A stretch of DNA of 64,000 nt from Camelus ferus (lineage: Eukaryota), in NCBI RefSeq assembly GCF_009834535.1, contig NC_045696.1, positions 24,554,001 through 24,618,000 of the forward strand. The letters run 5' to 3'. Under the pieces are notes generated by a model. That model was not told where the DNA came from. It saw nothing but the letters and a program-made list of their open reading frames with translations, and did no database searches. Below, piece by piece: positions 35,921 through 51,026 of the stretch; the first letter of the stretch is position 1, and each line of letters starts with the position of its first letter. The position numbers were made by a program, and so were the translations under genes.

Positions 35921-38663
35921 GTACTGTTCTAATATGTCAGGCACAATTCGACCATAGGGCTGACTGCCTAGTGGCAAGTATGGAAAAAATTGAACTGCAA
36001 GGTTACGTGTTAAATAATACCTGACAATTACTGTCTCTGTAAATTTATCTTATAGAGCAGACTTGATTATTTACATCTGTAACCAAACTTTGAGCTCATA
36101 TCATCAGCTTTAGGGAAATCAATTTGGTGGTCTCTGCTTGAAAGGCTGATATTATGAAATCCTTGTATACATTTTTAATAACTATAAAGTTGTTTATGTC
36201 TAACAACCTACCAAATGCATTTTATCTCTTAAATTCTCAGCTATTTATAATACATTTCACTATGAGAAGGCTGTAAAATTGAGATGTTTTGATTAAATTT
36301 TTTTTAATTTTTTCAAACTAAAATATGATAACTTGTTGTAGAGGTTATTTTTCCTACTCTCTCTCTCTCTCGCTTGAATTAACACCATTACTAGAGAGAG
36401 GATTGGGTTGTGTTTTGAGAAGCATCAAGACCCCATATATTTATAGATTTGTCAATCTGTTTTATTTAGAGCTGTTATTCTATTCTTTGTCTTGAAAATA
36501 ATTACTACTTAAAAAATAGGGTATGAGATAACAAAGTTTAGATTCTATTGTAGAATTTTAAATTAGTTTCATTAATAACATAAAAGAAAATATCTATGAA
36601 ATACTGGTATCAGAGAATTTTTCCAAAATTTGTACATTTTTAAAGTTTCTTAGGTAAATAACATTTTATATCTGCTTGTCAATAAATGACGAGTAAGTCC
36701 AGATGTCTTTTTAGAGGACTGATTATCTATTATTGGTTTTTATTTGCTTGGCACCCATTCCAAGAGAAAGGAGTTGGGAACTGATTGTGAAATTTTGAAT
36801 TGTTGTGGCATTGAACAATGGCCAATATTTTATAACTCTTTGCAAGATACTACACAACCTCTCTGAAGGAAACTAAAAATAAATCATGTCTAATCTTTGG
36901 AAACTAAGAATAAATGATTTGTAATATTAATTCTTTCTGATACAAAGATCTGATAAAGGACAGCCAAGCATCTCTAGTTAAAAATACAGCTGGATAATGC
37001 ATCATGATTTCTACCTCTTTCCCTAATATAATAAAAAGTCAAGGTAACAGTTCCCAAAGAGTACAACAAAGTTTTCAAAGGCATCACTTACCTTTCTATT
37101 TAAGATTAATTTTACACAAAGTTTGCTTGGTTAAATGCAACCAATAGTGAGTTGACAATAGTAGGTTTCAGGGAGAGCACAAAATATGAAGCAGTGGTTC
37201 TCCTCCAAGTATTTAAAATTTAGAGTACCTCATAAGAACTGCATATATTGTGATCTACCATCATACTAATGTCATTGAACTACTTTCAAAATGACACTTT
37301 AGTCTATAATCATCACTTGCCTTGACTGCAGGAACTATTGTAATACAAGTGGAGTAATGTTCACCTTATTGACTTACTCATAAAAGTAAAAATATATTTG
37401 ATAAAGTATGCATCTGGGAATAAAATATATCACAGAAAATAGTCACATTGGAAACATTAATTTTTGTTGTGAATAAATTCCCATTTTCTTTAGATGGATG
37501 GCTTCATAATACATGAATTTAAAGAGATATGTGGATGTATATGTACAAGTGTGCTTTTCATACTTTCCAGATCTTCCAAATCCTTTCCTTTTAATATGAA
37601 GATAATATTTTCCAATTATTCGAATTATGTCTTAGAAACAACTTTGCTTTAATTCACTTTTACTGGGTAGTTATCTTTGTGTATTTTATAGAGAAAGAAC
37701 CAAATCCCTAAGAGATGGCATTGATGGATGTCACGATGATTCCTACAAATAAATGGCTAGTAGAATGAGGACTGCAAATCCTTTCATCCACTAGAAGGGA
37801 ACACAGGGCCTGTGTCTAGAAAGACACAGTAGAACCATCGAGAAATCAGTCTGAAATACAGGGAATCACTGTCTACACTGACTAACTACCTACCAGACAG
37901 TTGTTCACACCTCTGACCCAGAAACATACACTTCTGTGTATGTTTCACTCTTTCAGAATTTCTGAGAGAGTTTTTTTAACTGTAAGTACTAAAGTAGGTA
38001 AAAAGCAACAACTTTAAAAATGAGGGAAACATTATTTAATGTGCAGTTCATGTTAACTCCTATGAGTTGTAGTTCAGGTGACCTAATACGCAATTCAAAT
38101 GGTGAATGCATATTATACCTAACATTGCTCCTCAAATGAAAATTATGAAACTGTTCATTTGAAAAGGAAATATATAGAGAAGGACTTCGCTATTAGTTTT
38201 TTAAAAATATGTACTACTGTTGTGAGAAGGTTAAAAACATTCATGGATATAAAATGTAGCAATGGATTTTATGAGTCTACATACAAAATAATTGATTATT
38301 TTCTTATATTCACAAGACTGATCAATAAACATGTACATAAATGAAAAATATAAATCAAAACACACATTAAAATACAGTTTTACCCTCAATAATTTATTCA
38401 TATGTCTTCTGTTTTTCCATTTTTGCTATCAGTTCTTTCCTTCAAATAGCTCATAAATAGGACAAATAGCATTCATATGTATTATAAGAGGTTCATACTG
38501 TAGGTTAAGAAGAAGTGACCAGAGATACTCCATACGGGAAACTTATAATTTGTGTTTCAGAACTCTCTATGGGGTATGGGTAAAATCCAAATTAAGAAAG
38601 AAATTTGATAAATAAGGGTTAAGTATTCTACATTTAGATTAGTCAATCAAATATAGCTTTGCT

Positions 38664-38745
38664 GGAGGCAGGGGTAGAAGTTAGTGGTAGAATGCATGCT
38701 TAGCAAGATCCTGGGTTCAATCCCTAGTACCTCCATTTAAAAACA
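38664..38745 (+). mobile_element. tRNA-derived SINE, Vic-1-like, with target-site duplication
   Basis: tagtggtagaatgcatgcttagca...tcctgggttcaatccctagtacctccatttaaaaa; flanked by atagctttgct at 38653-38663 and 38746-38756. Confidence 0.85.
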
Positions 38746-40974
38746 ATAGCTTTGCTTAACATACTTGCAAGGTACTGTACTTTCCTTCTTGAAGTTTGTT
38801 TTTACCTTCTCATCACTAGTGTCCATTACTGATAGTGATTTTTAAAAATATTTAAGCATATCTAGGATTCAGAATTCAGCAGATATGATCTTATTACACT
38901 CTATTAAATGCCTAAATTATAGAACATAATTTTCCTTAACTCTTTTCCAACTAAAATGTTTCTGTTTTCTATATTTACTGTGAGATTACATACCAGTGAC
39001 TATGTTTAGAGCTTTCTGTACACTAATCTATTAATATTTGTAACAATTCTGTGAGAGAACAACTCTTATTTAGCATTATAGACGAGAAGGCATAGAGAAG
39101 GTTAGTTAACTTGAGCTGACATAGTTAGATGAAAAATAAAACTATGTAGTGTGAGATACATATGTCATTTTCCAGTACTCCTGTTCTTAATTACCATGCT
39201 GCAATTACAAGCATAGGGACTGTAGATATTATTTCCATTTCTGTCTTAATTTCCAGCTAAATTTTAAGGAAACCAGAAGAACATATCTTTAAGAGCATCT
39301 GTAAGTTGGAAAGAAATTTAGAGGTCCTCCATTCCTGTCTCTGATTAAATGAAAGAATTCCACCTACAAAATCCTCTAGGTGTCCACCCAAGCTTCAACA
39401 CTTACAGTTGTAAAACAACAATAAGAATAACTTTCTTAGTATTCAAATGTTCAAACTTCAAAAAAAAATCATGACTTAGTATTGAGATAAGTGTAAGCAT
39501 GTATCTCCCTCCTGCACCTAGCATAACACCTTTAATGCAGTAGGCTCTTAATAAATATTTGTAAAGTGAAAGGAGTTTCTTAATTATACTGTATATAACC
39601 TGGTTCAAGTATGAATACTGACCAATACTATGTATTTTCATCATTCTTGGTAGCGAACTTGTTAGTGTATACATAAGAAAGTTTGTATGCATGTGTGTAA
39701 ATACAACTATAATTCATTTTTAAGTTTTATTTTAAGAAGAACTCCAATAAAGCGAATGTTGCATAAGAATCCCTAGAGAGGCCTATTGTTAAGTAACAAG
39801 TACACCTTTGTTCCAGGTCAGGGAATACGGTAGAAATTTTGAAAACAGAAAAGGAACAGACCTTACAAACGAAGGTCTGCAACTGTAATTAGAACAGGTC
39901 AGCCTTTATTGGGCAGGGATTCATCATCTGTGTTAATAAATTTTAACTGAGGTATTTCTTTGAGTAAAGGAGATTCAAATACCACCGTTATTTTAAAGGG
40001 AAACATTGGAATAATGGCAGTTCTGGAAATAGCTTTTTTTTTAAAACCATTTTTTAAAATCTAAAGTGCATACTAAATGAGACACCATTAGTGTCACAGA
40101 TGCTAATTTTCACTAGCAATGACTGAAGTGGAATTCTTTCCCATTTGCATTTGATCCTAGCAATGATGAGAGGTGATGAGTTGATTATGAGCTGTTTTCA
40201 CTGCACTGCCCGCTGTGCAAATTTATGCTCCTAGACAAGGATGACACATAGTTGTGGCATTAAAGAGCTTTCTTCATTGCTTTTTCTATCAAGACTGTTA
40301 AGATACATTTTTAACTCTTGTCTCACCAGGTATAAGAAAATAGAAGTAGTGTTTCTATGAAGTGGTGCTTCCATTAGGCCAAGTGCTTGCACAAGGGGCT
40401 TATGGCATTCCCCCCCTTCCCACTCTCTAATTTATAGAAAAGGAAAGAAGTCCTGTAGATGTGAAATATTTTGCTCAAGATATCATAGCTAGCCAAAAAA
40501 AAAAAAAAATTTGAATTAGGATTATATGGGACAGCTTTTCTTCTAAACCTGTGGGGTTCCCCCTGCTACTTCCTTCTGCTTCTTTGTCTGAGGTACAATT
40601 TTAAGACTTTAATTTACGTGAATTCAGTTGAATGTTTTCAGTTTTCAAACAAAATGACCCCAAGTTAGAAGTATAATATACAATGTAGGTACTATTTTAA
40701 ATCCATTTTTCCCATTAAAAAAATGGTGGGTGTAACTAAATGTTTATTTTTACTTTTGGTTATTACCCACCGTGCATCTAAAAAAATCTCTCAAAAGGTT
40801 CTCTTCACTTATGTATTTAGTCAGTATTAATGTCATATTTGTTTTCCAAGAAGTATTTAAAGGAAATACTTAAAAACTTAAAACCAAGTAAGGTAAGTTA
40901 GAAGGAAATGGAGCATAGACCATGGTAAAAAGTATCACAGGGCCACCAAGGATTGAGTTGAATGTGGATCTAGA

Positions 40975-41278
40975 TACTTGCTGTGGTCCTACAGACTAGC
41001 AGCGTTGGCATTCCAGGAGTTTGTTGGAAATGCAGATTCTCTGGCCTACCTTAGGCTTATTAAATCAGAATATACATTGCAGTGAGATACCCAGGAGTTC
41101 TGTGAGCACTTTAAAGTTTGGAAATGATGTCTACATTGATGGTTCTCAACCTAGGCTGCACATTTGAATTACTGAAGAGCTTTAAGAAATACTGATGATT
41201 GGGTTCCATCTTCAAATATTCTGATTTACCTAATATAGAATGTGCGCCAGGATCAAGAATTCTAAAGTTTCCCAATCT
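40975..41278. mobile_element. Two adjacent MER5-type hAT MITEs
   Basis: gagtttgttggaaatgcagattctctggcc...aaatcagaat...aaagtttgga, then tggttctcaacctaggctgcacatttgaattactgaagagcttta. Confidence 0.75.
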
Positions 41279-41324
41279 GGAGATATTTTTTCTTTCTACT
41301 AGTCTCTTCAAAAGACTTAGAAAT

Positions 41325-42005
41325 TAATTCATTCATTCTTCAAAGCAACAAATATCTATTGAGTGCTCCCTATGGACAAAATACACCATATGCTGGGAAT
41401 ACAGTGATGAATAAAACATCCCTACCCTTACAGGATTTACATTTACTGGGGATGACAGACAATAAACAAGATGAATATGTTAAATACATAGTACGCTCAG
41501 TAACGATAAATGCTAAGAGAAGGAAGAGTATGACAAACACGGGGCCAGGGAAGACTTGGTGAGAATGAGACATTTGAAAAAGGACCTGAAGGAAATGAAG
41601 AGCTGGCCATGAGACTGGTTGAGGAAATCTGACTCGAGGCAGAGGGAAGAGTAAGATCAAAAGCCTTGAGGTGGGAGTGTCCCTGGTGTGTCTGAGAAAC
41701 AACAGATCAGAGTACACAAGGGAAGAGCGGTCACAAAGAGTCAGATGATAGAGGGCCTTCTAGGTCATTATGAGGATTTGATCTAGTATTAAAAGATTTT
41801 GAGAAGGGAAGAAAAGGATCTGGCTTACATTTTGGTGGATTTGTTCTGGCTTTTGTGTTTCAAATACACTGAAGAAACTGAGGGAGGAAGCAGGGACGTG
41901 AGACCCATTAGGAAGTTATTACAGAAACTGGGAAAGAGATAATGGTGACTCAGACAAGGGGAGTGGTAGGTTAGAGGTTGAGAAGATGTTGAATTTGGGA
42001 TCTGT
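41325..42005 (-). mobile_element. LINE-2 3' portion
   Basis: attcattcattc...aacaaatatctattgagtgctccctatg...tgctgggaatacagtgatgaataaaaca. Confidence 0.85.
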
Positions 42006-43023
42006 TAGCATATGTCATATACATCTCCATGTGTAAAAAAGAAACCTACCCCATGGGCCTTAAAGGTGGTAAACAGAAAGGCTGACACTGCCCTGCACAG
42101 TTCTTGCTTCCAGCTGCTGCTCATACTTCAATAAATGCCCTCATTCCTCTGTTCACAACCACCAGAAACTTACCCCCATATTGATGTGCCACTTCCCAAT
42201 ATTTTCTACTTCTTTCTTTAAAATACAATTTTCTATTGGATTTAATTTTCATTTCTAGAGCACCTCAAATCAGAATAAACTAATAATTTGCTTATTTCAC
42301 CTTGTTTAATTGTTTGAAAGAGTTAAATAATTTTAGCTTTGAAAAATTATCTTCAAAGTATTTTCAGCCTTCCCATTTTACAGAACATGAATCTGTAATC
42401 AAGTTTTATTTTAAGCAATTAGCAAAAGGTTTGGGATCAAACAGACTTGCTATATTTGAAAAAAGCACAGTGCCAAGATGATATATATAGAAAGTTCAGG
42501 AGACAAATGGTTGAGAGAAATGATGGATGTATAAGGAAGTTTATGGAAATCTGAATACTATATCCTAAAGAAAAGTATAAAGTCACTACCTTGACTACCA
42601 ATGCACTGGATTTGTTAAAAATCAATTTAATGAGACATTTATCTCTTTAGTCTTTCTTTGCCTTGCTTTGGAGATAAATGGTTTCATTATCCCTGCAGAT
42701 TTTTTTTTTAATAATGGAATGAAGTCCATACTCTTCATATCTAAGTTTCCAAATTTAGCATTCCCAAACTGATCCATTTCTCTTCTTTTCTAATGTTAAG
42801 GACTTAGGTGAACTTTTAGAAACAAGACATTGATAATTAGCTTCTTAGTAGATAACAAAAGTGTCCTCCATTAAGAACTGATTAATAAGGATAGAAGAGG
42901 GTTTTAAGCTGTCTCTGGTGGTAGACAAAGTGATTCCTTACACATAGAAAGCCATTTGTCAACACAGCTGGCTATGTCACCTTTCTCCCCTTATATAAAG
43001 AAACTTTGGAAATTTTCACCTAG

Positions 43024-43310
43024 TCTGTGTTAATTTTCTAGGGTTTCCATAACAAAATACCCTCGTCTGGGTGGCTTAGAGAATAGAAATTTATTTGCTT
43101 ACAGCTCTGGAGGTTGGAAGTCCAAGATCAAGGTGCAGCAGGGTAGGTTTCCTCTGAGAGTCAAAAGGGAAGGATCTGTTCCAGGCTTCCCTCTGTGACT
43201 TGCAGGTGGCCACCACTTGCTGACTCTTAAGTTGGTTGTCTCTTGGTGCCAACTGAGAGCAGCACCCCTGGTGTCTCTCTTTGTGTATCCAAGTCTCATC
43301 TTTCAGTGGA
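43024..43310. mobile_element. MLT1 LTR fragment
   Basis: cataacaaaatacc...ctgggtggcttag...agaaatttatt...cagctctggaggttggaagtccaagatcaaggtg. Confidence 0.8.
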
Positions 43311-46300
43311 TCTGACCACTCTCCTGCTTTCCTATTTGTGCTTCCTTTAGCTAGAATTTCTATGCCCAGTTTTTCCAACTCAGGAACTTATATCTATCTT
43401 TTAATAACTTGCTGGACTCTCTCTCCCTCAAGAAAGCTTCCACCAGTTAGCCCAAGGCATTGCATTAGAGGTCATTCTGGCAGAGCAGTAGGGAACATGA
43501 ACTAAAGTCTTCTAGACTTGAGTTTGAGGTCGCATTTTGATACTACCTAACCACGAGACGTTGAACATCTTATTAAACATTTTTTGAGTTACAGTGTGCT
43601 TATTTGAAGAAGGAGATATGTTAAAGCACGTCACATAGCACTGATGTGAGAAGTTAATTACCATGTGTAAATTTTCTAGCACATAGTACATGTTTGATTA
43701 ATAATCTCTCCTTTTCTATTTTAATAGTACTTGTTCCACACCTCTATCGTTTCTTTTACCATAATTTATTCGAATATGATCTTCCAACTAAAGTTACCGT
43801 CAAGAATAGGGGATATATCTTATTCATATTTGTATCACTGCAATTTTTGTAGGGGGGCAAGGGGTCCTGAACTCTTAACTTTCAGATTCCATGTGATTTC
43901 TATTCACTTTGGCTACCACCAAAAACATTTATAATATGGAACATAGTAGTTTCCCAATATATACACAATACTCGGGTAATGACTAATGGATAATTTTAGT
44001 CATCTAAAGAAGTCCTCTACTCTAAGACATAGTTTGTAAATGGGTCACTGATAAAGATCCAGGCAACACCCACATAAAACCAGGTAATCATTCCTAGAAT
44101 CAGAATGTAATGAGACAAAACAGTAATCAAAAATTGTAATGTAATCTGTCTGAAGGAAAAAAAAGCATCTGCAAAGAGTGCTGCTTTTCAGGGACCTTAA
44201 AAAAGAGTGGGAGAGCAGAAATTTGCCACTGAGTCTGCAGAACAATCCATATTAGCAGAAGCAAAGATTCCATTAGGCTCAGCAATCTTGCTCACTTAGG
44301 TGAGCTATATACTTCAGGCTATTATAGCTCTGTGTCTCTAGCCCTTAATACAACCTAATCCACCTTTCTGTGACTCTACTGTACTATTCAAACAAACTTC
44401 CAACAACGATTTTGTGTCCTCTGTCTCAAGGGGAGACAATTCTTCGATCAGTCAACAAGAATATGCATTCTTCTTGGCAGTTGAATTCTCATACCTAATC
44501 AATACTTGATATTGTCATTTTGGGTATCTAATCAGTTTAGTGTATGAGTCAGTTCCCCCTCGAGTTGTTTATTTCTGCAAGCTTGAGAAATGAAGTTCCT
44601 TCGCCTGTCAAAATGAGGGCCTGACATTAGACATGGGGACCTGACCAAGGAACTAGCTTCTTAGAATGACTGGCCTGAGTTGCCAACTGGCCCCACCTTT
44701 TCTCTGCTATACATAAAATAAATACAGTTACGTACTGAAGTTTCTTTTTTATGTTTTTCATAATTTTAACAATTTAAATTCCTGAAATAAGATTGAAGGC
44801 AGATTTATCTTATATCAATGTCATAATACATAGTGATATGACATTAGTATGGATATCAGGTTAAAATTTTTTCTGAACATTTCACATGGTTCTAGCTATA
44901 CAACTTAGATTTTTTAAATTAAGAGTAAAAAAAATTCATTATATAAATTGTGTAATACTTATGGGTATATATTCTTTATATTGTTAGTTATTATACAGCC
45001 AGCCATTCATCATTTCTAAATTAGGCCATCTACAAATTTCAAATCATGATTATAAAAATCTAACTATAATTATTTATCAATTTTAAAGTAGTCATTACCA
45101 ATGAAACAAAGGCTTATAATTTTAAAAATAAAATTCCTTCAAAGATAAATGTTCTTTTATTATCAAACATATATTGTAGGTTTAGGAATTATCAAGAACT
45201 GAGTTCATTTCTACCACTACTATTACATTTCAACACCACTATTAACCCCTCAGCAGACTAGAATATTTATATAGCCAAATCCAAAAGGAAAATAAATGTA
45301 ATTGACAATGAAGAAGTTATAGGACACAAACATCTCTTCCAATTATCCTAGCATGAATTTACACCTATTTTTTTTCTACCTATTCTTTCCTTGTTTGGGA
45401 TTACATACAGTATATTTGCCCCACATAAACATGTCTGTTCTTACTAAGAAAAAAACGTTTAAATTCTTAAGCATAGTGTCAGTGGGTGCTGCCTGAGATG
45501 GGAATGTTTATAAGCTTTATGATATTAACTGCAGCACTCAACCTCAGGTGGCATAAAGCATGCAAAAAAGAACTTTCTGTCAGTTTTATTATTTCTAAAA
45601 AGGTTCCCCTTGAAGCAGAAGAGTGACCTTGCTCTGCTGAGCTGACATATGCCACTGGATTAATGGTTGAACTCTGTTGGAGGGAAGCTCACGGAAACAT
45701 TACAACTCCAGAAGCTGGGATGGCGGTGACCATTAATCAGGGGGACCAAAATCATGCATCAAACACACTCATTTAAAAGTAGTAAAAATGACTTAAAAAA
45801 AACTTTTTGAGAATTAGCTTATTGTTTGTCATTACTTGTGTTCAAGGAGATCACTGCATGACTAAAATATCCCTTGGGGAGAACTTTAGAAAGGTTATTA
45901 TGTACCCAGAAGATAAGTGAATGTGGTGGACATTTAAGACTACTGGAGGTAAAGGAGTTTTTGTTCCAGAGAATTTGATGGAAGAGTTTATTAAATGGAT
46001 TCTATTTTCCCAACTTAATTTTCACTCCTCCATTTAACTAATGATTTCAAAGCAATGGGTACTATAAATGTTTGCCTCTTTGTAATGATTTGACTTGATT
46101 TAAAAAAACTGAATTAATTGGATTTAATAGTAGAAACAGTTGACTAGTAAACTTGTTAAAAAAATGTTAAGAACCTAAAGTTTTAATTAACACATTTAAC
46201 TATTAAGTATGTTTAAAAGTATCTTAACAGACTTAAAAGTACTGTACATTCTTTTATCATGTGTTAGCTAATAAAAAATTTTCAAGGTTTTTTCTCTCTC

Positions 46301-47494
46301 TAGTTACTGAAAAGGAAAAAAAAGCTTAAGTCTAAAACCGTGAAAGAGAATGTTCAGTTTAGTTTATCTGATAAAAAGTTATTCTTGCTTTTTAAAAATC
46401 TCTTTGATAATAAAAATGAATACACAATTTCTCTTTTATATTTTTATAGCTTGTAAATGCTTACCATCTTTAGATTGGGTATTTCTAAACAGACCCTCAG
46501 TCAATAACTACACAATCTCTTAGAGTAAATAATTTTTGAATACAGTTAAGCTAATTCAAATTGTATTGATTTCAGCTAATTTCATGTTCAAAATCTGTGA
46601 TCATTTTAATGTACCTTTCTTTAGACTATCAAAAATACAGGTATAGACATATGCATTCAAAATGCCTTTCATGTACTAAGTAGTTAGTACAAATAAGGAT
46701 TTTTAAATGGATGAATACAAACTTCCAAGTTGACATTTTGTATACATTAGTAATTTATGTGTGTAAATATAACCTGCTTTTAGGAATTGCTTCTATATTT
46801 ATAAGCCATTCATTTGAGTAAGGTTCTATTTAGGGCTTATCAATTGAAGTTATTTGATGGCACCAATAAAGCACAAATTCCTCCAGGATAGATCCTTGTC
46901 TTATTCATATGAACAGCCCTGACCTCAGGCACAAAGTTTAGCCATAGAAGCCACTTAGTATATTTACATTAAATTACATAATGTAAAACCTTATGGTCTT
47001 TAATTAAACATCAGCAAATCATTTGCTTGACTATAATGTTACTAAGTTATAATTTGCTATTGTATAACTGTGAAATGTATGGTTTTTGTCATTTAACTTG
47101 AAGAGAAATGTGTGGAATTTGTCATCAGCTATGGTTTTCCCAATACTCCCAACTGTGGGATTTTCTCCATAGGTCCTACATCACTTAAGATCAGGAGCAG
47201 TCAATGCGTGCTAAAATGGTAAGGTATCAGCACGTGGTCTCATAGAGAAGGTAGGACTGGATCCTGCCCTTGAAGAATGGGCCAGATTTGAGGAGGAGGA
47301 AGAAAAGAGGAAGAACATCCCTTTAGAGAAAAACAGCATGAGCAACAGCTTAGAAACATAAGTGAGTGTGTCCATACTGGTCAGCAAGAAGCGTCAGAAG
47401 TTCTCCTTAATCAGATTGACCAGCATTACCTGATGCCACGGAGAACTGTGAATGTGCATGCAGCATGCTAAGTTTGGGCTTTATTTTGTCAACT

Positions 47495-47635
47495 AAGGAA
47501 GAGCCACTTAAACTCTCTGAGCTTCGGTTTTCCTCATCTGTAAACTGGAGAAATCAGTACCTACCTCAGAGAAGGGTTGTATTTGTTTAATGAAATAATT
47601 ATAGATAAATCACTTGGCACAGAGCCAGCCCTCAG
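47495..47635 (+). mobile_element. MIR SINE inside an L2-like region
   Basis: cacttaaactctctgagcttcggttttcctcatctgtaaactggaga, the MIR core. Confidence 0.8.
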
Positions 47636-50371
47636 TGGCCATCATAACAATGTGGAGCAAACTTTACATTTTGAGAAAAAGAACAAAATGATGAGAACTG
47701 GCTTAAGGAAACTAGTCCAGTGGTGTGATTTTTAGATGATCAGAGAGGCAAGGATTTGAGAACTAAGGAGATGAAAGTTACTGCATTGACAAGGGAATGG
47801 GGTTATAGCACATATTTGAGTAGCAGTAATGAAAATAACTGCCTACAACAGATATTTGGGGAGAAAATGAGCAAATGTGGAGGGTGAAAGAATGCATGTG
47901 TGGTATATTGCATTTTGCATTATGTGTCCAAACTCCTCAAAGACAGCAGTGAGCAAACAGGTTTCCAACAGTGTAGGTGGAAGGTTCAGAGGGCAGATTT
48001 AAAACAGATCGTCAGGGGTAAGTAAGAGGACATAAGCAGAGAGAGACTTGTTGGCACATCTGCCTTCCAGCCTGAAGGCAGGCAGAGAAGCCACTATAAA
48101 CTAGAGCAGCTATAAAAGTGGGTTCCCTTTGGAGATTCTTGAAGATTTCAAGGAAGGATGTTGGTATAATGAAACAATTCCAGGAGCATCAAGAGGGACC
48201 ATTTAGTGTACTTGTTTATGGGTTTAGTAGATAGAAGAAGAGGGAAGGAATAGAAAGTGTGCTGTAACAAAAATATAGGAGTCAATAAGTCAAGTAGAAG
48301 TTTTACAGTAGGAAAAACAAGAAGCTAAGCCGTTCAAAGTAGCCTGATCACAGTCCCATTTTTTAAAGTTTGGCATTTCCTCTTTATTTGTAAGAGTAGG
48401 TTATATCAGTGACTGAACTTTTGTTGCACTATGCTATTTATCTGAAAAAACATATTTAAAACACATCAATATTATTTATTTTAAGAATCCCTTTCAATTA
48501 AAATAGAATATCTTAATTTCAATTCAGTTCCTAAAAGTGCAGCAGATTTACAGTCTCTGGATGCAATGGAAATCATGAGATACAGTATTAAATCATGCAG
48601 AGGTGCAGTTGAGAATTCTAAATATTTGAGTCTTTTTCACTCATAAAACTTGTTTTGTTACATTAAATAGGCTGATATAAATAACCACTTTTACAGGCAT
48701 GGATCATACTGCATTGTTGTTTTTGGTGGGTTTTTTTTTGTTTTTTTTTTCCAGTTCTGGTTTCTTTCCTGTAGGTGATCTTCTTTTAGGTAGTTTCAAC
48801 TTGCAGAAAACATCTCTGGGTGCATCAACTTGTGAAAGCAAAGCTTTAGCATGGAAATTTTGACACAGCCTTAAAACACTACAGTGGAGTCAGAATCAGC
48901 ACTTCCTTTAGGTGTTTTGCAGTTGAGAGGAAGATACTGAACCAGAGAGATCATGCAGACTAACTTTTGTTCTATGAGTTCAGATGTGCATTAAAAATAT
49001 TTAGAGCACTGATACGCATTTGAGCACTGAGTTGCCTTTACCCAAGGTTAAAGTGTTAGTGTTGAGGGCTATGTCTTACAGCTCTGGCTGTCTTTCAGAC
49101 TTCAGCCCTCTGACGCCCCATACAACTGTCTTCCATTGGCACCTCATGATACTGTAATTATTTGACACTGAGGCAATACTAACAGATTATTTTAAGTGAG
49201 TTAAATTTGTTTCACACACTTCAAAAGATCCCAACACCTGAGTTAGTTAGAACGATTAAATCCTCGAATGCCTTTGGATAAAGCCTGACAAGCTTATTGA
49301 GATTTAGCATATCACTATTATAGAATATTCATCTGAGCATGTGCTGAAACAATTTCAAATTTCAAGAACTTATTACCAAAGAACGTTCTATGTGCAATAT
49401 TTAGATGATGTGAGAACTCACTGGCACAGTGTGTGTAATTTTTAATTTGCCAGTAGATTTCAAAATACTGCGGATGTCTGACTCACATATGCAAATTTTT
49501 TCTTTGAAATAGACTGTGAAACTTTTCCACCAGTGTCTTACCCAAATATTAAGTCATGCTGGAGATACCAGAAGTTGAGGAGTGGTTAAAAAATGAAAAT
49601 AAGGTCCAAGACTTTTGGGTTTTGTCAGAAGGTTGCTTTTCATTCCCAAAAAGAGATTCTCTAATTCTTCTTCATGTCGATAAATGTAGGATGATCATTG
49701 TTTTAAGAAACCTATTCAGTTCTATTCTTTCTATCAAGCTAACTTTACATACTTCCCGTCCCACTCAGATAGCAAGTTTCTTTGAAAATAGAAGACAAGA
49801 TCAAATTTTGCAATGAAATGGCATAGTGGAGAGTACAGTCAGGGTGGAGAATTGAAAAAAAAAAAAGAATTTTTCTTTTTTGCAAGTATTGGTTCCTGTA
49901 AGTTTCCTCACTGAGAAGGACAATATGATTTCTAAGAACCTTGATAGCTTTATATAATGAAGTGACATTCTGTAGTAATTAGAATTGTTATGCAAAACTA
50001 GAGAAGAAATGTGACCAACAAAAAGATGAATCTGTTCTTAAGTTCCTTATATTATTCGTTGCATTGCATAGGGACACACATACTGCAAATGAGTTCAAAC
50101 ATCACAAATGACACTTATCCAGCACTATTATTGTGAAAGCCAAGTAGACTATGTAGAAGCAGGTAATCTGCACCATGTAATCACAGATAGTCTTCAAAAC
50201 GTATCCAGTGACATACATTTATATCAGAATGTTAGTTGTACTAAAATAAATTTAGAAAGCAGAACTATTTTCTCCTTAAATATGTCCATACCTCTAAACA
50301 ACTATGAAATAGACAATATTAATGCTATATTTACAAATTGGTTCCTTAGAAAGTTATACAACTATTAACTC

Positions 50372-50473
50372 TTTTTTTTTTTAAGACTGTTTTTTTTTAG
50401 AGCAGTTTTAGGTTCACAGCAAAATTGAGAGGAAGGTACAGAGTTTTCCCATATACCCTCCACCCTTACCCAT
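50372..50473 (-). mobile_element. ~100-bp 3'-terminal L1 (L1MA/MB-type) insertion with TSD
   Basis: tttttttagagcagttttaggttcacagcaaaattgagaggaaggtacagag; flanked by tattaactcttt at 50363-50374 and 50474-50485. Confidence 0.85.
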
Positions 50474-51026
50474 TATTAACTCTTTGTAAGTTATTTTTTA
50501 GCTTTTGTATACATATGTTTGGTTCTTGTTAACCCAACATTTTATTATGAAAAATTTCAAACATGTGTGAAAGTAGAGTATTACAATCTACCCCATACAT
50601 CTATTACCCAAGTAATCATTAAATAACAGCCAGTCACGTTTCTTAATGTCCACATACTTGCTCTTCCTCACTACATTCTTTTGAACTACAAATGAAAAAT
50701 AACAATACTTCTCAATATCATCAAATTGCTTTAAAATTTTCCTAAGTTGTCTACTGGATGTTTTTGTTACAGTGGTTTATTTGATCTGTAGCTAAACAGA
50801 TCGATGGACTGTACAGTATGTGGTTGATACAACTCTTATAGGTTCTTAATTTATACTTTCCATCTCCTTTCTATTTCTTTCTATTGATCAGTTGAAAAAA
50901 ACAGGTTATTTGTCCTGTAGATTTTTTTGTTCTCTAAATTTTTCTGATTGACTTCATCTTTTTGATGTCATTTAACATGTTCCTCTGTCTCTGTAATTTT
51001 TTATAATCTGGTAGTTAGATACAGAG

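Noticed and set aside
48731..48790. Strong pyrimidine tract with tandem AG acceptors
   Set aside because: No matching downstream donor or coding frame identified; probably just a T-rich tract
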